Source of the DNA: Candidatus Krumholzibacteriia bacterium
GTDB taxonomy: Bacteria; Krumholzibacteriota; Krumholzibacteriia; LZORAL124-64-63
Length of the DNA stretch: 64,000 bases
Assembly: GCA_050174015.1 (NCBI GenBank)
Contig: JBFXKG010000004.1
Coordinates: 100,957 to 164,956 of the forward strand
Direction: 5' to 3'
The position numbers and the translations under genes are program-made. Each line of letters starts with the position of its first letter. Position 1 is the first letter of the stretch. A model generated the notes under the pieces. That model had not been told where the DNA came from. It saw nothing but the letters and a program-made list of their open reading frames with translations, and ran no database searches. Below are positions 38,650 to 49,509 of the stretch, one piece after another.

Positions 38650-39177
38650 CTAGTCCATCTCATCCAGCGCCCGCTCGTATTCTTCCAGATCTCCCGCCGA
38701 ATAGCAGACCAGCCGCACTTCCAGGAGCTCCGGGAAATCCTGCAGGCCTTCCCGGACGGTCGCCAGGGCGATGCGGCAGGCCTCCGCGATGGGATAGCCG
38801 TAGACGCCCGTGCTGATGCTCGGAAAAGCGATGGTCGTGAAACCCTCCTCGACGGCCAGTTGCAGGCTCTCCCGGTAGCACGAGGCCAGCAGGTCGGCTT
38901 CGAGGTCTCCGGAGCCGCCCCCGAAGATGGGTCCCGGAGTGTGGATCACGCGGCGGCAGGGAAGATCGTAGGCCCGGGTCATCACAGCCTCCCCGGTGGG
39001 ACAGCCTCCGATCAGGCGGCATTCCCGGGCCAGGGCCGGCCCCGCGGCCCGGTGGATGGCCCCGCAGACCCCGCCCCCCGGTTCAAGGTCTTCGTTGGCC
39101 GCGTTGACGATGACGTCGCAGGCCTCCTCCGTGATGTCCCCCTCGAGAATCAACACCTTCTGCTTCCAGTCCCCCAT
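38650..39177 (-). CDS. macro-domain protein (ADP-ribose / O-acetyl-ADP-ribose processing, YmdB-like)
   Basis: Start trimmed to MGDWKQKVLILEGDITEE. Macro-domain motifs VIVNAANEDL, GGGVCGAIHRAAG, GFTTIAFPSISTGVYGYP. Confidence 0.8.
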   Translation of the reverse strand: MGDWKQKVLILEGDITEEACDVIVNAANEDLEPGGGVCGAIHRAAGPALARECRLIGGCPTGEAVMTRAYDLPCRRVIHTPGPIFGGGSGDLEADLLASCYRESLQLAVEEGFTTIAFPSISTGVYGYPIAEACRIALATVREGLQDFPELLEVRLVCYSAGDLEEYERALDEMD

Positions 39178-39272
39178 GACCACCCTTTCCGGTTGCGGCA
39201 AGGGACCATCCCCTGCAACCCTGCCTCCGGGCCATCGTATCAAAAATCCGGTATCAACCAAAGGAGCCTGTC

Positions 39273-40487
39273 TTGAAACGTGTGATCAGCCCGACCGGTT
39301 TTCTGTCGATCGCCCTCATGCTGCCCACCCTGGCCGGCTCCGCGCAACCCACCCACGTCGCCAATTCCGACCAGCCCCGCGACGGGAGGCACGTCCTCGA
39401 GATGGCGACCGTCTGGCACCGGGGCCATGACGCCGACGACCTCATCTTCGGCTCCATCAACAACGTGCAGGTCGGTCCCGACGGCGGCATCTACGTCCTG
39501 GACCAGCAGCAGTCCCAGGTCTGCGTCTTCGACGATGCGGGCGAACTGCTGCGCACCCTCGGCCGCGAAGGGGAGGGCCCGGGAGAATCGCGCCAGCCCG
39601 AGGACATGGTCTTCCTGCCCGACGGCAGCCTGGGCCTGGCCCAGTACATCAACGGGCGCATCGTGAGGATCGACCTGAAGGGCACCCCCCTGAAGATGCT
39701 GATGCCCCCGGGCTTCGATCCCCAGGGGGGCGGCGGCGGCCTGGTGAGCATCAGGCGCGCCCGTTGCAGGGGCGGCTCCTTCGTGATCAACGGCGTGAAG
39801 GTCTCTCCCCAGGACGACGGGATGATCCGCACCCAGTACCTGGTCCGGTGCAACGAGCAAGCCGAACCGCTGGTCGAGTACCTCTCCCGGTCCACCTCCT
39901 CGAACCTCCAGAGGGACGGCTGGGTCGAGAAGAACCACTACTTCCCCTCGCACGAACGGTGGGACATCGACGCCCGGGGGCGGGTGCTCGCCGCCTGCGA
40001 ACGCAACGAATACCGCCTCACCGTCTTCGAACCCGACGGGACCGAGGCCTTCACCTTCGGCCGCGACCAAGAGCCCTGGCGGCGCACCGGGCAGGAGAAA
40101 CAGGAGATCAGGGATTCGCTGGTGGTCCTGGCGGACGGCGTGAGGGTGCAGATCGAGGTCCAGGTCGAGGACATGGCTCCGGTCATCGCCGCGGTCCACG
40201 CCATGCCCGGCGGGGAAACCTGGGTCCTCACGACGCGCAACATGAAGGACCAGCCCGACGGGATCATGCAGACCTACGACGTCTTCGATTCGGCGGGACT
40301 GTTCATCCGGCAGGAGGAGGTCGCCTGCGGCGGGGAGGCCGACGAGGACCGCCTGATCTTCCTGGACGAAGGCCGGGCCGCCCTGGTCCGGGGCGCCGTC
40401 CAGGCCCGCCGCAACACCTTCGGCGGCAGCCGCACCGACGAGGACCAGGACGTCGCCGTCCACGACCTGATGATCCTGGCGTATTGA
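39273..40487 (+). CDS. secreted beta-propeller-like hypothetical protein
   Basis: TTG start (per ORF track) with RBS aaaggagcctgtcTTG; signal peptide MKRVISPTGFLSIALMLPTLAGSA. Repetitive beta-strand-rich body; no clear family. Confidence 0.55.
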   Translation: MKRVISPTGFLSIALMLPTLAGSAQPTHVANSDQPRDGRHVLEMATVWHRGHDADDLIFGSINNVQVGPDGGIYVLDQQQSQVCVFDDAGELLRTLGREGEGPGESRQPEDMVFLPDGSLGLAQYINGRIVRIDLKGTPLKMLMPPGFDPQGGGGGLVSIRRARCRGGSFVINGVKVSPQDDGMIRTQYLVRCNEQAEPLVEYLSRSTSSNLQRDGWVEKNHYFPSHERWDIDARGRVLAACERNEYRLTVFEPDGTEAFTFGRDQEPWRRTGQEKQEIRDSLVVLADGVRVQIEVQVEDMAPVIAAVHAMPGGETWVLTTRNMKDQPDGIMQTYDVFDSAGLFIRQEEVACGGEADEDRLIFLDEGRAALVRGAVQARRNTFGGSRTDEDQDVAVHDLMILAY

Positions 40488-40699
40488 GCCCTGCATGTTC
40501 AAGGCCATGCCCGCCGGGATCGAATGGGGGCAGCCGGACGCCCCGGAGCTTCTGGTAGCGGGAGGTCCTCAGCCGCCCAGGACCGGCCCTGGTCGCTTCC
40601 GATCTGGAGTTGGGGCCGACATCAGCAAAGGGGCGCGGCCGGGTTCAACTCGCCCGATTTGGCCGCCAACATCGTGACTTGTGCCGCCGAAAATGAGTT

Positions 40700-40743
40700 C
40701 CCCAGTCAATGATGGAAAATTCCATCGTTGACTGGGGTTTTAT
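40700..40743 (+). terminator. Rho-independent terminator (strong hairpin plus U-tract)
   Basis: 17-bp stem CCCCAGTCAATGATGGA / TCCATCGTTGACTGGGG (one G-U wobble) with AAAT loop, followed by TTTTAT. A second 8-bp hairpin GTCCTAAT-N7-ATTAGGAC lies at 40744-40766 in an AT-rich spacer. Confidence 0.6.
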
Positions 40744-40813
40744 GTCCTAATTTATTACATTAGGACAAAAAATTTGAACCTGAGCCGATGGGGAACAAAT
40801 TCGGCGGCACAAC

Positions 40814-41080
40814 CTAACGGTTCCCTCCCCTTCCCCAGCCTCGGCCGGGGCCGAAACCGCGCCCGCGCCCGCCGCCGGCGCCCAAACCCGCCCCACGCCC
40901 CAGCCCCCGGCCGAATCCCCGGCCCAGGCCCCTGCCGAACCCCCGACTCCGATCCTGCGGATCCGAGGCTGGCGCCTCGTTCGCTTTTTGATCGTCCTGC
41001 CGCGGCACCCCGCAGCGTCCCAGACCCCGCCCCGTGCGGGGACCCTGGCCCAGCGGACCTCGTCCATTCTCTCCCGGCAT
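40814..41080 (-). CDS. putative small Gly/Arg-repeat (GRG/RGG-box) protein
   Basis: ORF 40814..41089 on the minus strand. ATG at 41080 is preceded by AAAGGTGA 5 nt upstream. Encodes ...SRGFGRGLGRGFGRGLGRGAGLGAGGGRGRGFGPGRGWGRGGNR; the underlying DNA is a degenerate CCCGGCCGAAnCCC tandem repeat. Sits 15 nt after the DUF134 stop and just before the terminator hairpins. Both strands are open here, so coding status is uncertain. Confidence 0.3.
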   Translation of the reverse strand: MPGENGRGPLGQGPRTGRGLGRCGVPRQDDQKANEAPASDPQDRSRGFGRGLGRGFGRGLGRGAGLGAGGGRGRGFGPGRGWGRGGNR

Positions 41081-41104
41081 CGCGTTCACCTTTCGGTTGC
41101 GGAG

Positions 41105-41494
41105 TCAGACCCGCCCGTCCCGCCGGCATCCCCGCCGCCCCCTGCGGCCGGGCTCGCTGCCGGGGAGGCTCCCCGGATCCTCCCGGTCGCCAGGTCCCAC
41201 GGTTTCCACGTGGCCCCCTTCGACCCGGATGGCCCACCCGTGGACCAATGCGGCCGCCGTCTTGCGCCGGGCCTCGGCGATGATCCGGCCGGCGGTGGCG
41301 CGCGAGACGTTCATCATCTCGCCGACCTGTTCCTGGCTCAGGCCTTCGAGGTCGGCCAGCCGCAGGGCCTCGAGCTCGTCGAGCCCCAGGGCGACCTCTT
41401 CCAGGTCGCGCATGGGGATCCCGGCCGGCTTGAAGTAGACCACCGAGGGATCGTGGCGGACGGAGCGCATCTTGGGTGGGCGGGGCAAGGTCAT
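41105..41494 (-). CDS. DUF134 (UPF0251) family putative DNA-binding protein
   Basis: MTLPRPPKMRSV ... VVYFKPAGIPMRDLEEVALGLDELEALRLADLEGLSQEQVGEMMNVSRATAGRIIAEARRKTAAALVHGWAIRVEGG matches the DUF134 consensus (MPRPRKCRRV...FKPxGIP...LxLDExEAxRLxDxEGL). Divergently transcribed from the NifX/MinD cluster. Confidence 0.8.
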   Translation of the reverse strand: MTLPRPPKMRSVRHDPSVVYFKPAGIPMRDLEEVALGLDELEALRLADLEGLSQEQVGEMMNVSRATAGRIIAEARRKTAAALVHGWAIRVEGGHVETVGPGDREDPGSLPGSEPGRRGRRGCRRDGRV

Positions 41495-41583
41495 CCTCCT
41501 GTTTGCTTTTTCCTGGTTATGAGCATATACTCAAAACTGGAAACCGTCAAATCGACTGGTGAACCGATCCCACGGAGGTCGCG

Positions 41584-41940
41584 ATGAAGCTGGTCATCAC
41601 AGCCCAGGGCCCGAACCCGGAAGACCCGGTGGACCCCCGCTTCGGCCGTGCAGCCTACCACATCCTCTTCGACGACAAGGCGGGAACCTTCACGACCCTG
41701 GAAAACCAGGGGAGGGACGCCGCCCAGGGCGCCGGGGTCCAGGCGGCCCAGACCATCGCCGCCAGCGGGGCCGAAGTCCTGCTGACCGGCCACTGCGGGC
41801 CCAAGGCCTTCCAGGCCCTGGAGGCAGCCGGGGTCTCGATCTTCTCCGGCGTCGAAGGTCGGATCCTCGATGCGGTCCAGGCCTGGCGGGACGGCCGGCT
41901 GGAGGAGCTCCACAGCCCCGACGGCACCCCCCGTCACTGA
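41584..41940 (+). CDS. NifB/NifX/NafY-family (dinitrogenase FeMo-cofactor-binding fold) protein
   Basis: 118 aa. MKLVITAQGPNPEDPVDPRFGRAAYHILFD...AGAEVLLTGHCGPKAFQALEAAGVSIFSG: typical DUF269/NifX-like architecture. Confidence 0.75.
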   Translation: MKLVITAQGPNPEDPVDPRFGRAAYHILFDDKAGTFTTLENQGRDAAQGAGVQAAQTIAASGAEVLLTGHCGPKAFQALEAAGVSIFSGVEGRILDAVQAWRDGRLEELHSPDGTPRH

Positions 41941-41948
41941 GAGGCCCC

Positions 41949-42800
41949 ATGCGCATCGCGGTCGCCAGCGGCAAGGGAGGAACGGGCAAGACCACCGTCG
42001 CGGTCAATCTGGCCGTCACCGTGGCCCGGTCCGGCCGTCAGGTCCATCTCTGCGACTGCGACGTCGAGGAGCCCAACGCGGCCATCTTCCTCGACCCGCA
42101 GCTGGGACCGGCGGTTCCCGTGTCCACCCCGATCCCCGTGGTCGACAGCGATCTCTGCAACCACTGCGGGCAGTGCGCCGCCATCTGCGAGTTCAACGCC
42201 ATCGCCTGCCTGCCCCACCGGACCCTCGTATTTCCCGATCTCTGCCACAGCTGTTCCGGTTGCTGGCTGGTTTGCCCCGAGCAGGCCATCACCCAGGCCG
42301 ACCGGGTGCTCGGCGAGGTCTCGGTCGGTTCAGCCGGACCCATCGGCTTCACCCAGGGCGTGCTCCGCATCGGAGAGACAGTCGTTCCTCCCCTGATCCA
42401 CACAGTCAAGGCGACTGTCCGCGGAGCACCCTGGGTGATCCTCGACGCCCCCCCCGGCACCACCTGCCCGGCCGTGGAGGCCCTGCGCGGGGCCGATTTC
42501 GTCGTGCTGGTCACCGAACCCACCCCCTTCGGACTGCACGATCTCGACCTGGCCGTCAAGCTGGCCCGAGGTCTCGACATCCCCTGCGGGGTCGTCGAGA
42601 ACCGGGCGATTCCCGGACGGGACATCGTGGACCGTTTCTGCGCGGAAAAGGACCTCCCCGTCCTGGCCCGCATCCCCTTCACCCGGGAGCTGGCCGCCGT
42701 GGGTTCCGAAGGGGGACTTCTCGTCGATGCGGACGCCGGCGTCGCCGCCGCCTTCACCCACCTGCTCGATGAACTGGTGGGACTGGAGGCGCGGACATGA
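41949..42800 (+). CDS. MinD/Mrp-family P-loop ATPase with inserted 4Fe-4S ferredoxin domain
   Basis: Start trimmed to MRIAVASGKGGTGKTT (deviant Walker A); ferredoxin insert CNHCGQCAAICEFNA ... CHSCSGCWLVCP; ParA/MinD body. Confidence 0.8.
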   Translation: MRIAVASGKGGTGKTTVAVNLAVTVARSGRQVHLCDCDVEEPNAAIFLDPQLGPAVPVSTPIPVVDSDLCNHCGQCAAICEFNAIACLPHRTLVFPDLCHSCSGCWLVCPEQAITQADRVLGEVSVGSAGPIGFTQGVLRIGETVVPPLIHTVKATVRGAPWVILDAPPGTTCPAVEALRGADFVVLVTEPTPFGLHDLDLAVKLARGLDIPCGVVENRAIPGRDIVDRFCAEKDLPVLARIPFTRELAAVGSEGGLLVDADAGVAAAFTHLLDELVGLEART

Positions 42801-43702
42801 AGGAACTGGTGGTCCTCAGCGGCAAGGGCGGCACCGGCAAGACCAGCGTCACCGCGGCCCTCGCGGCCCTCGGGGCGGGCGCAGTGCTGGCCGACTGCGA
42901 CGTGGACGCCGCCAACTTCCATCTCGTCCTCGGGACGCACGGCGAGGCGGCCCATCCCTTCGTGTCGGGACACACCGCGGTGATCCGGACCGGCGATTGC
43001 TCCGGCTGCGGCGAATGCGCCAGGCTCTGCCGTTTCGATGCCATCCTGACTGAAACCGTCGCCGGCGGGATCCGGTTCCGGGTCGATCCGATCGCCTGCG
43101 AGGGCTGCGGCGTCTGCGTGCACTTCTGCCCCGGCGGGGCCATCGACTTCCCCTCGAGAACGTGCGGCTGGTGGGGAACCTCAAGGACACGGTTCGGCAC
43201 CTTGATCCACGCCGCCCTCGACGTGGGCGCGGAAAACTCCGGCAAGCTGGTCACCCTGGTGCGGGAGCAGGCCCGCAAGGCCGCAATCGGTTCGGGCGCG
43301 GACCTGGTCCTGGTGGACGGCCCTCCCGGGATCGGCTGCCCGGTGACCGCCTCGCTCACAGGTGTGGACCTGGCCCTCCTGGTGACCGAACCGAGCCTGC
43401 CCGCCCTGCACGATCTCGGGCGGATCCGCGAACTCGCCCGGCACTTCGCCGTGCCGGTGATGGTCTGCATCAACAAGTGGGATCTCAACCCCCGCCTGTC
43501 CGACCGCATCGCGGAATTCTGCCGGGACCAGGGCATTCCCGTCGTCGGCCGCCTCCCCTATGATCCCCTGGCCGGGGACGCCCAGATCGCCGGACTCAGC
43601 CTGGTGGAATTCGCCCCCGAATCCCCTGCCGCGAGGGCGCTCGCCGCCATGTGGGAAGACATCAGCGGCGCCCTCGCGGCCGCATCGCAACCGAAAGGAT
43701 GA
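42797..43702 (+). CDS. second MinD/Mrp-family P-loop ATPase with 4Fe-4S ferredoxin insert
   Basis: MKELVVLSGKGGTGKTS; CSGCGECARLCRFDA ... CEGCGVCVHFCP. Start overlaps the upstream stop (ATGA). Confidence 0.8.
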   Translation: MKELVVLSGKGGTGKTSVTAALAALGAGAVLADCDVDAANFHLVLGTHGEAAHPFVSGHTAVIRTGDCSGCGECARLCRFDAILTETVAGGIRFRVDPIACEGCGVCVHFCPGGAIDFPSRTCGWWGTSRTRFGTLIHAALDVGAENSGKLVTLVREQARKAAIGSGADLVLVDGPPGIGCPVTASLTGVDLALLVTEPSLPALHDLGRIRELARHFAVPVMVCINKWDLNPRLSDRIAEFCRDQGIPVVGRLPYDPLAGDAQIAGLSLVEFAPESPAARALAAMWEDISGALAAASQPKG

Positions 43703-43706
43703 TTCC

Positions 43707-44045
43707 ATGCGCATCGCCGTTCCGGTCAACCAGGGCAAGCTCTCGGCCCACTTCGGCCACTGCGAACACTTCGCGTTGATCGAGGTCGACACCCGCGAGA
43801 AAACAATCATCGGGCAGGAAAGCGCCACCCCGCCTCCCCACGAACCCGGCGTGCTGCCGGTCTGGCTGGCCGATCTGGGGGTGGAGCTGGTGCTGGCCGG
43901 AGGCATGGGGGGACGGGCCCAGCAGGCCCTGAACGCCAGGAACGTCCAGGTTCTCGTCGGCGTGCCCGAGCTGGATCCCGAAACCCTGGTCCGCGCCTGG
44001 CTCCAGGGGGAACTCCCCTCGGGCCTCAACTCCTGCGACCATTGA
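43707..44045 (+). CDS. NifB/NifX-family protein (second copy)
   Basis: Start trimmed to MRIAVPVNQGKLSAHFGHCEHFALIEVD...GVELVLAGGMGGRAQQAL; RBS cgaaaggatgattccATG. Confidence 0.75.
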   Translation: MRIAVPVNQGKLSAHFGHCEHFALIEVDTREKTIIGQESATPPPHEPGVLPVWLADLGVELVLAGGMGGRAQQALNARNVQVLVGVPELDPETLVRAWLQGELPSGLNSCDH

Positions 44046-44061
44046 CCGCCTGGAGGAAGCC

Positions 44062-44499
44062 ATGAAGAAGCTGGGGATCATCATCTGCCACCGGTACCAC
44101 ACCTGCGCCGGGGGCAAGTGCTTCCGCTCGTTGCGGGAGCGTGAAGGCGCCTTCGCGAGATACGCGGGCGAGGAGGTCGAACTCGTGGGGTACACCACCT
44201 GCGACGGCTGTCCCGGCGGCAACGTGGAGTACGCTCCGGCCGAGATGAAACGCAACGGGGCCGAGGTGGTCCATCTGGCCACCGGCCTGGTGGTGGGTTA
44301 TCCACCCTGTCCCTACCTGGACTACTTCCGGGAGTACATCCCCCGCCAGTTCGGCCTCGAGGTGGTGGTCGGCACCCATCCCATCCCCGAGAAGTACCGC
44401 ATCATCCACGATCAGCTGGGAACCTGGCAGGCGCCGTCGTTCCCCGATGACCTGAAGTCCCTGCTCGCCGACGAGCCGACGCGATTGGCCTACGACTGA
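44062..44499 (+). CDS. CGGC-domain metal-binding protein
   Basis: CHRYHTCAGGKCF ... CDGCPGG: CGGC-domain pattern; 145 aa. Confidence 0.65.
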   Translation: MKKLGIIICHRYHTCAGGKCFRSLREREGAFARYAGEEVELVGYTTCDGCPGGNVEYAPAEMKRNGAEVVHLATGLVVGYPPCPYLDYFREYIPRQFGLEVVVGTHPIPEKYRIIHDQLGTWQAPSFPDDLKSLLADEPTRLAYD

Positions 44500-44508
44500 T
44501 CCGGACGG

Positions 44509-45171
44509 TCAGAAACCGACCCCGGCCATGATCGTGACGGCCTCGTTCTCGATGTCGAAGTAGATCTCTTTCAGGCCCCTGTCGTAGCGGACCTGGAACA
44601 GGTAGAGCCGTCCGTGCTTGAGGATCTCCACGCCGCCGCCGAACACCAGGCTGATATCCGTGGTTTCGTCGGTGTCGAGGTCCTCCTCGACGGATCCGCT
44701 GTCCTGGAGAACGTCGTTGGGGATCTCGCCCTTGACTTTGGCCGACAATTCGAACCCCACCGCGGGCCCCGCGAAGACCACCGGACGGATGGTTTCCCCC
44801 TGGAAGAGGCTCACCGTCAGCAACGCCGGGATCTGGAGATAGTCCACGTTGTGGAAGAAGTCGTACTCGCCGAGATCCTCCCCGTTCTCGTTCACCGCCG
44901 TGAGGATCTGCTTGGCCCCCTTGCGGGCGTAGAGGGCCTCCGCCCTGAACCCGATCGGAGTGTCGAATCCCGTTCCGATGAACGCCCCGGCCTGGAACCC
45001 GTTCTTGCCGTCGAAGATGTCGCCTTCGATGAAACCACCGGGGATCTCGTAGTCCCAGTCCGTCATGCTCCAGCCCCCGATGAGGCCCTTGACCAGTTCC
45101 GCGTCGGACGGCTCCGGCAGCACCGCCAGGACCAGGGCGATCAGGATGCCCGTCAGGTTTCTCTTCTTCAT
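44509..45171 (-). CDS. outer-membrane beta-barrel protein (OmpA-like barrel / OmpW-like porin family)
   Basis: Start trimmed to MKKRNLTGILIALVLAVLPEPSDA with RBS ggagggagatccATG. Alternating amphipathic strands and a C-terminal aromatic residue (GVGF). Confidence 0.6.
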   Translation of the reverse strand: MKKRNLTGILIALVLAVLPEPSDAELVKGLIGGWSMTDWDYEIPGGFIEGDIFDGKNGFQAGAFIGTGFDTPIGFRAEALYARKGAKQILTAVNENGEDLGEYDFFHNVDYLQIPALLTVSLFQGETIRPVVFAGPAVGFELSAKVKGEIPNDVLQDSGSVEEDLDTDETTDISLVFGGGVEILKHGRLYLFQVRYDRGLKEIYFDIENEAVTIMAGVGF

Positions 45172-45295
45172 GGATCTCCCTCCAGGGTTGGAATGGCGCC
45201 TCTCCATTCTACTCCAGCCGTCCGCGCCGGAAAACCCCGGACTTGCCTGCCGCCCGGTCCATGCCCGATAGTCCCGGGAAACGAAAGGAACTCCC

Positions 45296-46441
45296 ATGTC
45301 CGAGAACATCATCGTGCTCGGGGGCGGTCTGGTCGGCGGCCCCATGGCCCTGGACCTCGCCCGCGACGACCGTTTCACGGTGACCGTCGCCGACATCGAT
45401 CCCGGAGTGCTCGAGGGGCTGGCGGCCCGCGGCCCCGTTCAGGGCGAGGCCTGCGACCTGTCCGACCCCGCCGCCGTCGCCGACCTGGTCCGGGACTTCG
45501 ATCTGGTCGTCGGCGCCGTTCCCGGCCACATGGGTTTCGCCACCCTGGAGGCCGTCATCTCCGCCGGCCGGGACATCGTTGACATCGCCTTCTTCCCCGA
45601 AGATCCCTTCCTGCTCGATGCGGCGGCGAGGGCCCGGGGCGTGACCGTGATCGTCGACTGCGGTGTGTTTCCCGGAATGGGCAGCGCCCTGGTCGGTCGC
45701 GCCGACCGCCTGTGCGACAGGTTGGATAGGGTTCTGGTCTATGTGGGCGGCCTGCCGAAAATCCGGCGCCAGCCCTTCGAGTACCGTGCCGTGTTCTCGC
45801 CCATCGACGTGATCGAGGAATACACCCGGCCCGCCCGCTACCGGGAAAACGGGAAGCTCATCGAACGGCCCGCGCTGTCCGACGTCGAGCTGGTCGAACT
45901 GTCCACGCTCGGCACCCTCGAGGCCTTCAACACCGACGGCCTGCGCACCCTGCTGGAGACGATCTCCGCCCCCGACATGAAGGAGAAGACCCTGCGCTAC
46001 CCCGGACACGCCGCCAAGATGGCCCTGCTGCGGGAATGCGGGTTCTTCGGCGAGGAGCCGGTGGACGTCGGCGGACACCCCGTGCGGCCGGTGGACGTGA
46101 CCGGGCGCCTGCTGTTCCCCATGTGGAAGCTGCAGCCCGGAGAGGGCGACGTCACGGTCATGCGCATCCTGGTCGAGGGGGTCCAGGCGGGGCGGAAGGT
46201 TCGCTGGACCTGGGACCTGTACGACGAGTTCGACCATGCCCTGGGCGTCTCGAGCATGGCCCGCACCACCGGCTACACCGCCACCATGGCCGTCCGGGCC
46301 ATCGCCGACGGCGTCTACCGGGAACAGGGCGTATCGCCCCCCGAGTTCCTCGGGCGCGTCGACGGCTGCGTGGAGTACCTGCTCGCCGGCCTCGAGCAGC
46401 GGGGCGTCGTCTACCGGGAACAGCGGGAATTCCCGGACTGA
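45296..46441 (+). CDS. saccharopine dehydrogenase-family NAD(P)-dependent oxidoreductase
   Basis: N-terminal Rossmann motif IIVLGGGLVGGPMALDLA; saccharopine DH / carboxynorspermidine DH-like body; 381 aa. Confidence 0.75.
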   Translation: MSENIIVLGGGLVGGPMALDLARDDRFTVTVADIDPGVLEGLAARGPVQGEACDLSDPAAVADLVRDFDLVVGAVPGHMGFATLEAVISAGRDIVDIAFFPEDPFLLDAAARARGVTVIVDCGVFPGMGSALVGRADRLCDRLDRVLVYVGGLPKIRRQPFEYRAVFSPIDVIEEYTRPARYRENGKLIERPALSDVELVELSTLGTLEAFNTDGLRTLLETISAPDMKEKTLRYPGHAAKMALLRECGFFGEEPVDVGGHPVRPVDVTGRLLFPMWKLQPGEGDVTVMRILVEGVQAGRKVRWTWDLYDEFDHALGVSSMARTTGYTATMAVRAIADGVYREQGVSPPEFLGRVDGCVEYLLAGLEQRGVVYREQREFPD

Positions 46442-46450
46442 ATCACCGGG

Positions 46451-47146
46451 TTACTCCCTGAACAGCGCCTTCACCGCTCCCCAGGTCGCCACAGCCGCCG
46501 GCACCGGTCGGTCGGTGTAGGTTTCCAGGCGATAGACCTGATCGATGGTCTCCTCCACGATCCCTACGCCCCGGGAAATCCACCTTTCGACCAGGAGCGC
46601 ATCTTTGGCCCCCACCGCCCGTCCGCAGACGTCATAGATCCCGTCGAAAAACAGCTTGGGGGGGCCCGAGGACGAACCCCTGAGGCCGAACGACGGGAAG
46701 TCCCCCGCGGGGACGGTCCGGATCCCCTCCTCCTCCACCACGAAACCGAAGGTCCAGGTCCCGTAGAAGGCCATGGTGGGCAGGATGTAGAAATCCACCT
46801 GCTGGGTCCAGGTCTTGCCCAGCCAGAGCGGGGCGTCCACCCAGGTGATCGGCGGATCGTAGAAGGCCCCCACGAAACCGCGGGTCCAGCCGTGCAGCAG
46901 CACGCCCCCCTCGGGCCCCGGAGTCCAGTAGTTCACCAGGTCCGAATTTGCAGGGCTGACCGGGTGGGCGATGGGATAGACCTGACGGCCCTGGAAGTCC
47001 GTCAACTCGCCCACGATCCGCGTTTCGAGGCCGCCGTCGTCGAGGCGATAGTTCCAGAAGTATCCCGGCTGCAGTGGCAGGTATCCCTGCCCCAGGCAAG
47101 GAATGGCTGTCAACAGGGCCACCGTGATGATCAAACAGGTTTTCAT
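46451..47146 (-). CDS. hypothetical secreted protein (231 aa)
   Basis: Signal peptide MKTCLIITVALLTAIPCLGQG; Trp/Tyr-rich; no recognised family. Confidence 0.5.
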   Translation of the reverse strand: MKTCLIITVALLTAIPCLGQGYLPLQPGYFWNYRLDDGGLETRIVGELTDFQGRQVYPIAHPVSPANSDLVNYWTPGPEGGVLLHGWTRGFVGAFYDPPITWVDAPLWLGKTWTQQVDFYILPTMAFYGTWTFGFVVEEEGIRTVPAGDFPSFGLRGSSSGPPKLFFDGIYDVCGRAVGAKDALLVERWISRGVGIVEETIDQVYRLETYTDRPVPAAVATWGAVKALFRE

Positions 47147-47290
47147 GATTCACCCCCGGACTTCAGGTCGCATTGGTTTCCGCTCCCTCGCCAAAATGAT
47201 ACTGCAAATCCAGCCCGGGGTGGGGGCCGGAACGGCAATAATCCGAATCCCCGTCAAGGGCTGCCGGAATCCGCCGATAGAATCGTCGAT

Positions 47291-49498
<2,208 letters not shown>

Positions 49499-49509
49499 GC
49501 TCCCGCACC

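Noticed and set aside
40774-41283. 169-aa plus-strand Pro/Arg-rich ORF over the GRG-repeat region
   Set aside because: It overlaps the DUF134 gene on the other strand. A product of repeat composition; the minus-strand frame with an RBS is the only version kept, and only at low confidence.
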